Source: a virus (Duplodnaviria > Caudoviricetes). From it: DNA of 47,473 bases. The notes below the pieces were generated by a model. It was given only the letters and a program-made list of their open reading frames with translations, did not search any database and was not told the DNA's origin. The translations under genes and the position numbers were made by a program. Below, piece after piece: positions 32,201 through 41,593 of the stretch. The stretch covers positions 1 through 47,473 of IMG/VR virus record IMGVR_UViG_3300011405_000006, one strand, 5' to 3'. Position 1 is the first letter of the stretch, and each line of letters starts with the position of its first letter.

Positions 32201-34989
32201 ACTGAAGGAGCTGGAACTGGTTGATCCTCTAGATTGAGTCTATCTTGAACAGGTTCACCTAATCTTCTACTAATATCATCTATCAGTCTACGAGCATAAC
32301 TGATACCAGGAATAAAATTATCCTGTATCGCTTCATCCAAGTAAGCCTCTACCTCTGTTCGTATAGCAGCTAGTTCTGATGGACGAGTGGTAGCATTCAT
32401 CCTATCAGCAAGTTCATACATTGATGTTTGCCGCGGATCCATTGCTGATAGATTAACTGATGATTCCGGCTCCCAACTATTACTCACATCAACAGGCTGC
32501 TGAACACGTCCATACATCTGTTGAGTGGCAGCCTGAGATTCTGCACTTCTCCGTGGTCGTTGATTATTCTGAATATCACGAAGTTCATTCAGTCTATCAT
32601 AACCCGCCATTACCATACGGTACAGTCTATGACCGTTAATTCTGTCACCTACTCTATTAGCTTCTGCTCGTTGATCATCCCATTCACGAATTTGTGTTCT
32701 CAATTGTTGATAATCAGTAAAAGATTCGATTTGCTGTAATCCCTCTGGACTATTCGCTTCTAACCAATTAGTGTGGTCTGTCCTCCGTGTAGCCTGAATA
32801 GGAGGATTTAATTCAGCCCTGCGCGCTTCAACTGCACGATTCAACTCGAATGCACGTTGCTGCGCACTTACATCACCCTGATTTGCAGCTGCATCATAGT
32901 CATCACCGAACTGGTCTACTAGTGCATCCAACTCCGCAGTAGTCCGAGCATCACGAATCAACTGTTCCTGATGCCCTGTTTGTGTTGGCGCTGGTTCCTG
33001 TCGTACTGGCTCACCAACACGAGTGCGCACATCAGGTAGGTCTATACCCATCCGTTGCGCTAAATCATCAATGTTTGGAATTCCTGCACTAACTCGTCGG
33101 AATTCCTCAGGTGAAATCGTAGTCTCTCCATTTTGCATTCTACGACGTAGTTCAGACACAGCCCCACGAACCTTAGTAGCCATGTCGGAATCTCTAATCT
33201 GCTGTGCACCTCTTATTAGCAGATTAATCATTTCGCCAATATCCATCGAGCCTACTCTAGTTCCGCCTTCACCTTTACTCTCATGTCGGAACGTAGTGTT
33301 GCCACCTTCAATCTTACTTACTCTATATCCATTTTCCGCCATGTTAGAGATGTAGTTACGGTCAGCATTTACTATCTCAGTTGGGACTACAATATCATCC
33401 CCCATCTTAAACTTGCCGATAGTCTTACGCGCTGCTGCTGCGGCTGATATAGGTGCTTGTACAGGTGCAACAGGAGGAGCAGCAGGTGTAGTGGGCAACA
33501 TGTCTGCCATCTCACCGCGCACCATCTGCTGTAATTTATTCACAGGATTAACATGAGGATATGGAATAGTCTTATATCCCTCAGCCTTACGTAATGCCAA
33601 CTCAGCCTGATTGTAAGGCATGTCGATAATATCAGGCATTCCACCTGTAGCAGCCTGAGCTTCGGCACTAGGTGCGCCGGCTTCTGGTACAGTTACATCG
33701 ACAGGCTCAGGAGTTGGAAATTGCCACTCATTCGGTCCACCAGCAGGATCACCAGTTCTAGTAATAGGTGTATACTCAAATTGACCAGACTGACGGAATC
33801 TACCACCCTGACCACGTACTGCACCAAAATTCAATCCTCCCTGACCTTCGGGCATAGCATCAAATATAGGTGCAGGAGTCTCAGCAGGAACAGGAGGAGC
33901 CTGCCAGCTATTCTTCAATTCGTTAGCACGTATCTTCGCCTCTAGAATTGCCTGATCAATCTGTATGACTCTGCTCGCATCTCCGTTTCGTAATGCTTCA
34001 GCTCTATCAAGTGTTAGTTCGAATATCGACTGTTGAGTGCGCGCATCAATCTCAGCATGTGCCCTACGCTGCATGTCTGCCATCGATGGTTCGGCGGGTG
34101 GTTCATACTTTGGTGTATCAGGGAATTCTAATGTGAGATTATTATACCTTTCAGTACCAGGTAGTCGGGGCTGTGTATATTCACCAAATAATGGATCTCC
34201 ACCACCCGGACCTGATGGACCCCCACCATCAGGAGGTTGAGGAATACCAGCTTCTACAGGACGTGCAGGTGTAGCCTCAGCAGCTAATTTCGGTGTAGCT
34301 GCTCTAGGCAGTAGATAATGACCAAATAGATTTAATAATGCACCGGTACCTTGACCAAATAGAGCCGGATAATCCTGTTTTTCTAATGCAGTTCTAAATT
34401 CTTCAGGTGGAACTCCTATCATGTGGAGTCCTGTATCCTGCGCGGTCCTCTGCCGCTGTGCTTCAGGTGTACCCCACGACACACCCATAGCGGGATCACC
34501 TTCATTCTTAACGAATCTATCAGCCATCTGCATCGCATCATTCCACGGCTGATACAATGGCTTAGTTACTGCACGAACTGAAGTTCCAAAATCCGGAGAT
34601 TTATTAATTTCCTGTAAGGAAGTTGAAAACTGGTCAAGTACTGGTTTTCCAGTTGCGGCCCAAATATTGGAACCAATAGTTCCAATGTCAGTCATCCAAT
34701 CCGGCAAATGATACCCCGCACGTTGGGCTGATACATCTCCCATATCTAATGGTGGTGTTGGAGCCTGAGTGCGTGGAACCTTAATAAGCCAGTCCATCCA
34801 ACTAGGCGCATTATTAGGATTCCAACCAGCCATCGAGGCCATAGCACCACCTAATGGAGTGGCAGGTGCCGCCGAATATGGCTGAAAGTTGGTCGGATAC
34901 TGTATATCCGGCGTTGGAGGCATGTAAGGCTGGTAATTAGTCGGATACTGAATACCAGTTACGCCGTATGGATTCTGCGGATCAGGCAT
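29239..34989 (-). CDS. Giant internal virion / DNA-ejection protein (1916 aa, polyvalent-type)
   Basis: Last gene of the late operon, after two smaller ejection-type genes; P/Q/A-rich linkers; C-terminal SADFGKVRIGKTRLDLGGGF region typical of such proteins. Confidence 0.7.
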   Translation of the reverse strand: MPDPQNPYGVTGIQYPTNYQPYMPPTPDIQYPTNFQPYSAAPATPLGGAMASMAGWNPNNAPSWMDWLIKVPRTQAPTPPLDMGDVSAQRAGYHLPDWMTDIGTIGSNIWAATGKPVLDQFSTSLQEINKSPDFGTSVRAVTKPLYQPWNDAMQMADRFVKNEGDPAMGVSWGTPEAQRQRTAQDTGLHMIGVPPEEFRTALEKQDYPALFGQGTGALLNLFGHYLLPRAATPKLAAEATPARPVEAGIPQPPDGGGPSGPGGGDPLFGEYTQPRLPGTERYNNLTLEFPDTPKYEPPAEPSMADMQRRAHAEIDARTQQSIFELTLDRAEALRNGDASRVIQIDQAILEAKIRANELKNSWQAPPVPAETPAPIFDAMPEGQGGLNFGAVRGQGGRFRQSGQFEYTPITRTGDPAGGPNEWQFPTPEPVDVTVPEAGAPSAEAQAATGGMPDIIDMPYNQAELALRKAEGYKTIPYPHVNPVNKLQQMVRGEMADMLPTTPAAPPVAPVQAPISAAAAARKTIGKFKMGDDIVVPTEIVNADRNYISNMAENGYRVSKIEGGNTTFRHESKGEGGTRVGSMDIGEMINLLIRGAQQIRDSDMATKVRGAVSELRRRMQNGETTISPEEFRRVSAGIPNIDDLAQRMGIDLPDVRTRVGEPVRQEPAPTQTGHQEQLIRDARTTAELDALVDQFGDDYDAAANQGDVSAQQRAFELNRAVEARRAELNPPIQATRRTDHTNWLEANSPEGLQQIESFTDYQQLRTQIREWDDQRAEANRVGDRINGHRLYRMVMAGYDRLNELRDIQNNQRPRRSAESQAATQQMYGRVQQPVDVSNSWEPESSVNLSAMDPRQTSMYELADRMNATTRPSELAAIRTEVEAYLDEAIQDNFIPGISYARRLIDDISRRLGEPVQDRLNLEDQPVPAPSVQYGPQAPMTGNLKLSTPAYDRLARIVEGRTPLTKDQKKQLMASDRWQDYGIRTAQAAGSGPPGLSVEKMYGGRDRVVYRNPAGEPIVSAEVRTNPDGTREVPSLGADKTRLPVPPDAKPGTIGTFVHGTLLGRAVHQVGMKLVEMGAAFTSGATSPFTKNLVQSIMKRVSNGIDENSAELASLIRQLMHIKEVEGTLPRRIRTPEDVAQFIADMTTDEAAQPELPFEPRAARRESTAAERADVPEQMRLGEEVREEQMPLPLQSAVGPFGKGKGPSPGETTGRVAPFERPVRPWDAVDLSKTVVMNNPERALRQALDKVHNTGNHYLDRQLARVRELAQDFEMTPEKLNEFIELYGSILDNDLTPANVKEALPDLGNILENRIKRVGPGSEIEPSSREWLEHQRKMKDLEAPVDTTAKRWTGLMKQLDEMKAPDVLYREIISSPNTPPLKAGETWRDRVRAGIAFFESKVTRAVERLGTEGGEEGAINIGGMRDAVRDTIRNFFARGPETPEHPKGSPSTFEQLTGLSTAATTIGDISMPLRQGLAAIMTPEWRSGLKPMWQSFWSAERTREFDQQIRNNKVHQQEFNPTTGKWDPSYAQRANMKLVKPSEINSSEHDVAGAWIETGGNLGGVSKFYEKTWGQVAKMSNRAAATFLNHLRTGMLERLSDQAQLMAETGAETGEVRPNIFKQKVTPEQAASLNPYYNNELAKILSDYINTATGRAPLKLDVFGMEGTPQLNLEFAAKAMGHVFFSPRNMFSRARLLYPGTYTVAPAFVRKQYLKSLLATGAAWATMSMLAKVGTQALGYDATISMDEESADFGKVRIGKTRLDLGGGFLPQYVAMWRLWSGFYRSSSTNQRHAYGQGFRPETQETQLQRFFSNKFNPSAKFGYDLLRAAQYVPFHVGDRTAQMFVPLVAQDMYEMFKEDPKLIPLLMPAVMLGGGTQIYGRGEQVAKIVPKKYDWVVQGGGLSDIAYPANWQIFGGK

Positions 34990-34998
34990 TGTATTTAC

Positions 34999-36591
34999 CT
35001 ACTTCACCCTCTGCCAACCCTTACCCATTGAATCTTGAATATCCCTGAAAGTATTAGGAGTAACAATCTGTAAGTCAGGACGCGCAGGATGAATCCATTG
35101 AATTAGTTTACCGCTAGCTAGTCCCTCAGCCTGTTGTCTGGCTTGTTCAGGTGTTAGTTGCTGCATACCCGGCCCACTAGCTGACTGCGCACCTTGAGGC
35201 ACAGCAGGTGGCATATTAGGTACGCCAGGTTGTCCTGCTTGTGGCAGAGAGAAGTCCTGATTCATACCTCCACCACCTGTTGGACCCATCTGTGGCGGCC
35301 TAACCTGTGGATTCACACCACCAGGCCTATAGTTAGGAGGAAGTGGCGTCTGATTACCTGCTCCTGATACTGGCGGAGATTGTACACCCGAATTTGGTCG
35401 ATTACCTCCCGGAGATACAATCCCGAATCTCTCTGGATAAGCTGCCTGAGCTACCTGATTCCATGCATCTAATTCAGATTGTTGCACTTCACCAAATCCA
35501 AGGAAATTAGCAGGTCGTGGTTCAGGTTTTGGCCCGAGAGCGAGGGAACCATCATCCATAGTAATGACGTGTTTACCTAATCCTTGAGGATCAGTCTGTT
35601 GAAATCCCCTAAGTGTATTCTGTTGAGCGAGTGATGTATCACGCGGACTAGGCGGACCCTGATTAGCAGCATTAACTGCAATCCTCGATTGAGTTTCCCA
35701 GAACATCTTCTCAGCAGTAGACATATCCTTAGTTGGAACGCCAGTATCTACCCACTTCTTAGCATCCATGTCCCACATCATCATAGTGGGAGTATTAGTA
35801 GTAAATTGAACCCGCCCAGTTAGCTTCTTCTGTTCAAGTATCTGCTTATCTCGTGCAATCTGATTCTTCGCTTCTGCAAGAACTCTATCCTGCTCTAGTT
35901 TTCGGTCCTTGAATTCTATATCAGCACGATTCTTCGCATCTGTTGACTGTTGTCTCGCAAATTGTGCAGCAGAAGTGGCTACACTACTTGCCAACTGACG
36001 TTCAACACTATTTGCCGTAGTTTCCTGTTGTGATGCCTGACTAAATGGTGTAGTCTTAGCAGTCCAATCAGCCATTTCACGATAGTATGGTGCATACATT
36101 GCTTTTTCCTGAGCTTCATATCCGCCCGGAATACCTCTTGATTTATTACCGAGGTACGCACCTGCACCCGCCAATCTACTCATGAAATTCGGTTCTTGAC
36201 GTTGTGGCACATTGTCCAGCAGAGTGTTGAACCTATCACCCGCTCGTGTAGAGGGTGTGTAGGTCTTATTAATCATGTCCATTACTGCCTGAAAGTCCAA
36301 TGTAGGATCACCTGGTGGTCTTACAGACATTGGCTGAACAGGTGCGGGAGGACCGAAATCCACCTTTGCGGGATTGAAGTCACCGAATGGATTACCTATC
36401 GGTTCCTGCGTTTGTCCGAAGAATGGTTTATTACTCACTGTTGGAGCAGGAGTATACGGATTACCAATGGGGAAATTCATTGGTTCCGTCATGTAGGAAT
36501 CATCCATCTGACCCATCAAGTCACCCCGTGATGGTGACGTGGGCTGACCGAACATGTTGTTGAAGCGGAGGAGTTCAATTCCGTATGGCAT
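34999..36591 (-). CDS. Internal virion / ejection protein
   Basis: P/Q/G-rich with a central coiled coil; position equivalent to P22 gp20 / T7 gp15. Confidence 0.6.
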   Translation of the reverse strand: MPYGIELLRFNNMFGQPTSPSRGDLMGQMDDSYMTEPMNFPIGNPYTPAPTVSNKPFFGQTQEPIGNPFGDFNPAKVDFGPPAPVQPMSVRPPGDPTLDFQAVMDMINKTYTPSTRAGDRFNTLLDNVPQRQEPNFMSRLAGAGAYLGNKSRGIPGGYEAQEKAMYAPYYREMADWTAKTTPFSQASQQETTANSVERQLASSVATSAAQFARQQSTDAKNRADIEFKDRKLEQDRVLAEAKNQIARDKQILEQKKLTGRVQFTTNTPTMMMWDMDAKKWVDTGVPTKDMSTAEKMFWETQSRIAVNAANQGPPSPRDTSLAQQNTLRGFQQTDPQGLGKHVITMDDGSLALGPKPEPRPANFLGFGEVQQSELDAWNQVAQAAYPERFGIVSPGGNRPNSGVQSPPVSGAGNQTPLPPNYRPGGVNPQVRPPQMGPTGGGGMNQDFSLPQAGQPGVPNMPPAVPQGAQSASGPGMQQLTPEQARQQAEGLASGKLIQWIHPARPDLQIVTPNTFRDIQDSMGKGWQRVK

Positions 36592-37685
36592 TAGCTACCT
36601 CTCAATACTCTGGCCTGTTGCGCCGGAGTCATTGGAGTACCAGACTGAGTAGGCTGTCTACGATTATTCCACGCATTCATTACACCCGTACCAGTGTTAA
36701 TCCAATCCATCACATCATTAGCCCTACCAGCAGTCTGTTCCCACTGGCCTGGCTGACGCTCAGCATTAATGGAATTAGACATTACACCCTGACCAAACTG
36801 TCCGCCTAATCCAACACCCTGCAATAGCTGATTACCAAACATTTGGGACATACCAGGTGTAGTTCCATACAGGTTAGTCATTCCACCTAATGCGCGGAAT
36901 CTATCATCCATATCCGCACCACGCGCTTGTAGAGCACGATTCGCAGCAGATTCACCAGCCGACATATTCGCCGCAGCCGCACGCGCAGCTGAATCAGCAT
37001 TGTAGACCTGACCCTGATAGTCCAATCCAGTGTTGAATTTGCTCACATCTACGTCAGCACTCAATCTCTGACCCTCGATGTTGCTCATTCCGCCCAAACC
37101 AGCCAAACGACCCTGTTGACGCTGTTGTGCAAGTCCAGCTTCCACACCTTGCATAGCATCTGCCATGCCTTGTCCCTGCTCACGCGCCATCTTGACTTGT
37201 GCCGCGATAGCATTAGGTGCGTATCCACCTTGTAGTGACCGTTGCCGACCTACTTCTCGCTCCGCGTTCGCATAAGCAGCGCGCACAGGACTAACTCCAC
37301 GAGCACGCATATTAGCAATGTCATCGCCTGAGAATCCGCCAGTCCTAGAGAATTCTTCATATCCTCCATAAGACTTAAATGGGTCACTATATCCTGCACG
37401 ACCGGGAGATACAGTGTAGGCAGACATACCACCACCACCTCCACCGCCACCACCTCCTGCAATATCACCATATGACCCTGCACCACCTGATGCAATGTCA
37501 CGATAGTTATTCATGATGTCAGTGTAGTCGCCATAGTTAGCTTCATTTGCTCTACCCGTCTGGTAGGCAAAGTTGTTAACCATTGGTCCCTGCTGCTGAT
37601 TGAACCGATTGGTCTGCTCTGTTATAGCAGTCCTACTTCTACCCTTCGGATCATCGCCCTGCTGTTTGTTGTTGTTAGATCCCAT
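36591..37685 (-). CDS. Glycine/alanine-rich pilot/ejection protein
   Basis: G/A/Q/N-rich helical protein; position equivalent to P22 gp7 / T7 gp14. Confidence 0.6.
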   Translation of the reverse strand: MGSNNNKQQGDDPKGRSRTAITEQTNRFNQQQGPMVNNFAYQTGRANEANYGDYTDIMNNYRDIASGGAGSYGDIAGGGGGGGGGGMSAYTVSPGRAGYSDPFKSYGGYEEFSRTGGFSGDDIANMRARGVSPVRAAYANAEREVGRQRSLQGGYAPNAIAAQVKMAREQGQGMADAMQGVEAGLAQQRQQGRLAGLGGMSNIEGQRLSADVDVSKFNTGLDYQGQVYNADSAARAAAANMSAGESAANRALQARGADMDDRFRALGGMTNLYGTTPGMSQMFGNQLLQGVGLGGQFGQGVMSNSINAERQPGQWEQTAGRANDVMDWINTGTGVMNAWNNRRQPTQSGTPMTPAQQARVLRGS

Positions 37686-37692
37686 AACTCCT

Positions 37693-38067
37693 CTACAGGT
37701 CTAAAATGAGTGATTGTCCTTGGGGTAATCTAAACCCGTTCTTCATTAATCTCTTGGTATATTTGGGCTGTTGGCTCCAAACATACATCTGGTCGTACAT
37801 CGATTTCCTACATACGAAGGAATTAGCATCCAGCATCTGGTACAACGCAGCACGCCGAATTCTGGGATCTCGTGACAGGTTAGTGACTAGTACGCACTCC
37901 GCTATATCACGAATTCCACCAGCTGTAATAATTCCCTTATCATCTTCCACGACGAATGCACACACGAATGACATGAATTCCGGTAGTGTGAACTCATGAG
38001 CGAAATGCTGAGAATGAATCCGCTCAATCTCGGCTAAATCGTCAGGAAGAAGTGCGCGAATAGTCAT
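37693..38067 (-). CDS. GNAT-fold virion assembly protein (position of T7 gp13 / P22 gp14)
   Basis: IRALLPDDL...FVVEDDKGIITAGG...KRLMKNGF. Start at the TGATG overlap. Confidence 0.6.
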   Translation of the reverse strand: MTIRALLPDDLAEIERIHSQHFAHEFTLPEFMSFVCAFVVEDDKGIITAGGIRDIAECVLVTNLSRDPRIRRAALYQMLDANSFVCRKSMYDQMYVWSQQPKYTKRLMKNGFRLPQGQSLILDL

Positions 38068-38363
38068 CAGTATGCACCAACGCCCCACAACTGACGCAGG
38101 AATACTGTGAAATCTTTCGATACTGCAAGAGGTTCCTGCCCATAACCGATTTTGACCAGTAATTGCTCTAAATCGGTGATGCTAGTTTTCAGCACAGCGA
38201 CTTCATTTGTTGTGTATCCTAGCTCTACCAACACTTCCTCGGTAGTAGCGTCAAGATATCCCTTCAATGTAGTCGTATCGCCTGCTAATCTCTGGAATGC
38301 GCGAGCTATGTCACCTGAGCGCGCATCAATCTCATTCTTCGTGACTGCTAGACCTACACTCAT
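38067..38363 (-). CDS. Hypothetical tail-associated protein
   Basis: AAGGAG RBS; in the fibre module. Confidence 0.7.
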   Translation of the reverse strand: MSVGLAVTKNEIDARSGDIARAFQRLAGDTTTLKGYLDATTEEVLVELGYTTNEVAVLKTSITDLEQLLVKIGYGQEPLAVSKDFTVFLRQLWGVGAY

Positions 38364-38372
38364 GATGACTCC

Positions 38373-39317
38373 TTACGCTATCTCACAAATCAAATTGAGG
38401 AATACATAAAATGCACCATCAGGACAGGTATAATTTGCAGCATCCATTCTATAAATGGGTATTACCGTTCCCGAGCCTTCTACTTCACTTGCTATACTAA
38501 CACCATTATTAAACAATCTTCCAACTGAATGTGCAAATGTAGGAATAGAAAGTCCAGCGGGTAAAGTAACCGAAATGGATATATTCGGTGATCCACTGAG
38601 CGTTGATCCAAATACTGCAAGTACCCAATGTAGAGTTTTTCCAATGAGAGTATAGCGATTACTCCTTATCTGTCCCGCAGTGACAGCCCAAGTCATTCCA
38701 CCGCTACCCACGAAATTCGCAGCATTGAATGGAACATCTGTCCATTCTCCCATTGGTACAGTACGACGACGTTCAGAAATTGCACCAGTACTACGAAAAC
38801 TTCCATCACGAGTTATACTACAATCACCACTAGCACCTGTGATTGCATCATTAGTTGCTTGGAAGATTAACTGATTTCCGGCTCCGAAATTAATGATACG
38901 AAATAGTCTCTGATCAGGAGGATTACTAGCAGCTTTAAGTGAAATAACAGGTCCAGGAGCAGTTTCAAGATACTGATCCTGTGTAAACGTATTCGACAGG
39001 TTAGTCCATGCAGCATTTACCAGAGCATCAGTACCACCCGGTTCATGCGTGACATGATGTGGTCCTACAGTACCTGCTGGTCCTGTATCACCTTTATCTC
39101 CTTTTGGTCCTTCTGGTCCTATCGGTCCTTGTATTCCTTGTATACCTTGTGGACCCTGAGCACCTGTAGCACCGGGATCACCCTCTGGACCCTCTGGACC
39201 TGTTGGTCCTGTAGGCCCAGTTGGACCCGGAGGACCATCATTACCTACTGGTCCTTGAGTAAGTGGATTCCAGATAGGAACCCAATACGTTGTAGCTGGA
39301 TCAGGAATATCAACCAT
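38373..39317 (-). CDS. Collagen-like tail fibre 2
   Basis: About 20 Gly-X-Y triplets, [11 protein letters not shown], beta-rich C-terminal head. Start set at MVDIPD. Confidence 0.8.
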   Translation of the reverse strand: MVDIPDPATTYWVPIWNPLTQGPVGNDGPPGPTGPTGPTGPEGPEGDPGATGAQGPQGIQGIQGPIGPEGPKGDKGDTGPAGTVGPHHVTHEPGGTDALVNAAWTNLSNTFTQDQYLETAPGPVISLKAASNPPDQRLFRIINFGAGNQLIFQATNDAITGASGDCSITRDGSFRSTGAISERRRTVPMGEWTDVPFNAANFVGSGGMTWAVTAGQIRSNRYTLIGKTLHWVLAVFGSTLSGSPNISISVTLPAGLSIPTFAHSVGRLFNNGVSIASEVEGSGTVIPIYRMDAANYTCPDGAFYVFLNLICEIA

Positions 39318-39669
39318 TGGTCTTACCTGATGCTTGGAGCCAATCCAACACTTCGACTGCATTACGAGATGGAGTACCAGTCTGCCACGGAACCTGAGCG
39401 ATGTAATTGAATAGAAGGTCGAATTCCACCATGCTGACCTGCAACTGTCTACTCCCCTCTTTCTTCAACTGTCTATCAGGCTCTCCATTCACCATCTTCT
39501 TTCCACATGGCTTTAATTCACTTATACTCTCTAGTTTCTCAAATACTGCAACCTCAGTTCTCAGTACTTGCATTCCCTTCTTATCTTGCAAACTACCACC
39601 AAGTACGAAGCCAACGAAACAGAATGAAAATCGACGCTCACCTAGTTCATCCTCGAAATTTAGAATCAT
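39310..39669 (-). CDS. Hypothetical protein, possible fibre chaperone
   Basis: Between the two fibre genes. Confidence 0.65.
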   Translation of the reverse strand: MILNFEDELGERRFSFCFVGFVLGGSLQDKKGMQVLRTEVAVFEKLESISELKPCGKKMVNGEPDRQLKKEGSRQLQVSMVEFDLLFNYIAQVPWQTGTPSRNAVEVLDWLQASGKTNG

Positions 39670-39671
39670 GG

Positions 39672-41279
39672 CTAATTCTTCTGACAGAAATACACGTCAA
39701 TATAGGGTGGTAAACTAGATGCAGCAGCTGATGAACCTACGACTGGTGGTGCATCATTAGGTATTCCACCTGTACCACTGAATCCGTGTGCATGTGAGCC
39801 TCCACCACCTGTAGTTCCACTGAAATCGATGTTAACATTATGCCGGTGATTCGTAGCATTCACTGTAAAACTTCCACCGGCATCAGCCGTATTCCCTACG
39901 CCTACTTCATCTACCTGACCTGAAACACGACCACCGAATGAGTGATCATGATTTCCTACAGTATCAGTACTACCGCTTATGGATGTAACTCCACCGTGAC
40001 TATGCGCGGCTACTGCTAGTCCGCCAGCAGCATGAGTATGTGATGATGCTCCACCTGTTCCACCTGGTGTTCCAGAGCGGACGAAAAGACCATCCCAGTT
40101 GACTCTAGTCCATCCAATAGGACACGGTGACATACTAATAACGATTAGACCAGATGGAAATGCATCAGTTGGTTGCCACGTATTGTCACCACGTAGGAAT
40201 GTGGCTGCACTCGGTGCATTAGTTCCCAATCGTGGTAATGGAACTGTTCCAAATGCTAAGTTCGTAGCATTCAGAGGTGTGTTGCCTAATCCTCCATTTG
40301 CTTCCATGACACTACCACGATAGAATGCAATAGACCCCGGAATAGCACTCTCAGCATCATTCAGTGCCCAGAAATTGAGAGTTTCTCCTACAAGATTAAT
40401 CTCCCATGTCTTTTTATCTACAGCATTAGCCAAATTACTCATTGTGATTCTGGGAAAATCACCTCCCGCATTATTGATTCTCTGTGGTAGAGTGAACTGA
40501 TTGATTCGATTCAGTAGTGCTACATTAGAGGTCAATCGATTATCTGGTAGTATGCCCGTCGTATCAGTTAGTGGAATCGTGGCTACAACACTTGGTTCAC
40601 CTGCTGTTGACCGAACATAGCCAGTTCCTAATCCGTTTAGTGGACGCGCATTCGCTAAACTCGAATGTGGTGATACGAGCCAGTATGTAGCATCAGCTAC
40701 TGCACCACCTGCCGGACCCGGAACACCCTGTATACCTTGATCTCCCTTATCTCCTTTATCACCTTTTGGACCCTGTGGACCAGTAGGACCAGGAGGTCCG
40801 GGTGGACCTTCTACAGTAGCTATACCAACACCGGGCCACGTTACAGGAGGATCATTCGTCGGTTTAACACACAGATAAGCGATATTATCCGCGGCAACTA
40901 CAACGTCTCCATCACTGTAGAGTGGACCAGCTACGAAATTCCCTAAATACTCTAAATCCAAGTCGATGATTCTTCTACCACCGACTGAATCGTCAGGTTT
41001 CAGTCCGTATCGGTGAACTAATTGAAGTGAGTTCGGTAATGTAGCAGTTTCAGCATCTTTCGTGAAATATGTAGCTATATCACTCGCTCCACCGCCACCT
41101 CCACCCGGTCCACCACCATCAATAATCGTCGTAGTAGATACAGCAGCCTGAGCAGCAGCTAACCGCTCGATAATCTCCTGTGTAACCTGATAGAGTGAAT
41201 TATCTACGTCCCTAGACTGTGCTAGGACCGCTTTCAAATCCGCAAATTGCGGCGGTTTAGTTGAACGTCTGAACGCCAT
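39672..41279 (-). CDS. Collagen-like tail fibre 1
   Basis: Gly-X-Y run; collar-like FPSGLIV...CPIGW; HxH repeats; terminal SLPPYIDVYFCQK. Confidence 0.85.
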   Translation of the reverse strand: MAFRRSTKPPQFADLKAVLAQSRDVDNSLYQVTQEIIERLAAAQAAVSTTTIIDGGGPGGGGGGASDIATYFTKDAETATLPNSLQLVHRYGLKPDDSVGGRRIIDLDLEYLGNFVAGPLYSDGDVVVAADNIAYLCVKPTNDPPVTWPGVGIATVEGPPGPPGPTGPQGPKGDKGDKGDQGIQGVPGPAGGAVADATYWLVSPHSSLANARPLNGLGTGYVRSTAGEPSVVATIPLTDTTGILPDNRLTSNVALLNRINQFTLPQRINNAGGDFPRITMSNLANAVDKKTWEINLVGETLNFWALNDAESAIPGSIAFYRGSVMEANGGLGNTPLNATNLAFGTVPLPRLGTNAPSAATFLRGDNTWQPTDAFPSGLIVISMSPCPIGWTRVNWDGLFVRSGTPGGTGGASSHTHAAGGLAVAAHSHGGVTSISGSTDTVGNHDHSFGGRVSGQVDEVGVGNTADAGGSFTVNATNHRHNVNIDFSGTTGGGGSHAHGFSGTGGIPNDAPPVVGSSAAASSLPPYIDVYFCQKN

Positions 41280-41281
41280 GT

Positions 41282-41593
41282 CTAGGAGCCAGGATACGAA
41301 CGATACAGTTCCTTCGTAAAAATCACGATTCGATTAATTCTAAAGAATTCACCGTATGCTGTAGTTTTTAATTCAAATGCGGCTCTCTGCTCCACGAAAT
41401 TGACCAGACGTGTAGGAGAGTATCGATTCCTCAGCTGCATATCAAGCGGAGTCAACACTTTAGAATTCAAGTCATCGAGCGAATACGCAGCTAGTCTCAA
41501 TTGCCCATCTCCATCCACTCTGATGCGAATGGATGCGAAATGAGTAGTGGCTTCACCTGAACTTTGTTCGCTTACCGCAGCTCCAATCGGCAT
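41282..41593 (-). CDS. Small beta-rich tail protein, possibly the separated C-terminal domain of the nozzle
   Basis: HFASIRIRVDGDG...RAAFELKT...FRINRIVIF resembles the C-terminus of P22 gp10-like proteins. Confidence 0.5.
   Translation of the reverse strand: MPIGAAVSEQSSGEATTHFASIRIRVDGDGQLRLAAYSLDDLNSKVLTPLDMQLRNRYSPTRLVNFVEQRAAFELKTTAYGEFFRINRIVIFTKELYRSYPGS

Noticed and set aside
29239-34989. Tape measure protein or virion RNA polymerase
   Set aside because: No tail tube, sheath or chaperone genes, no periodic aromatic repeats, and no polymerase motifs; the context fits a podovirus ejection protein.
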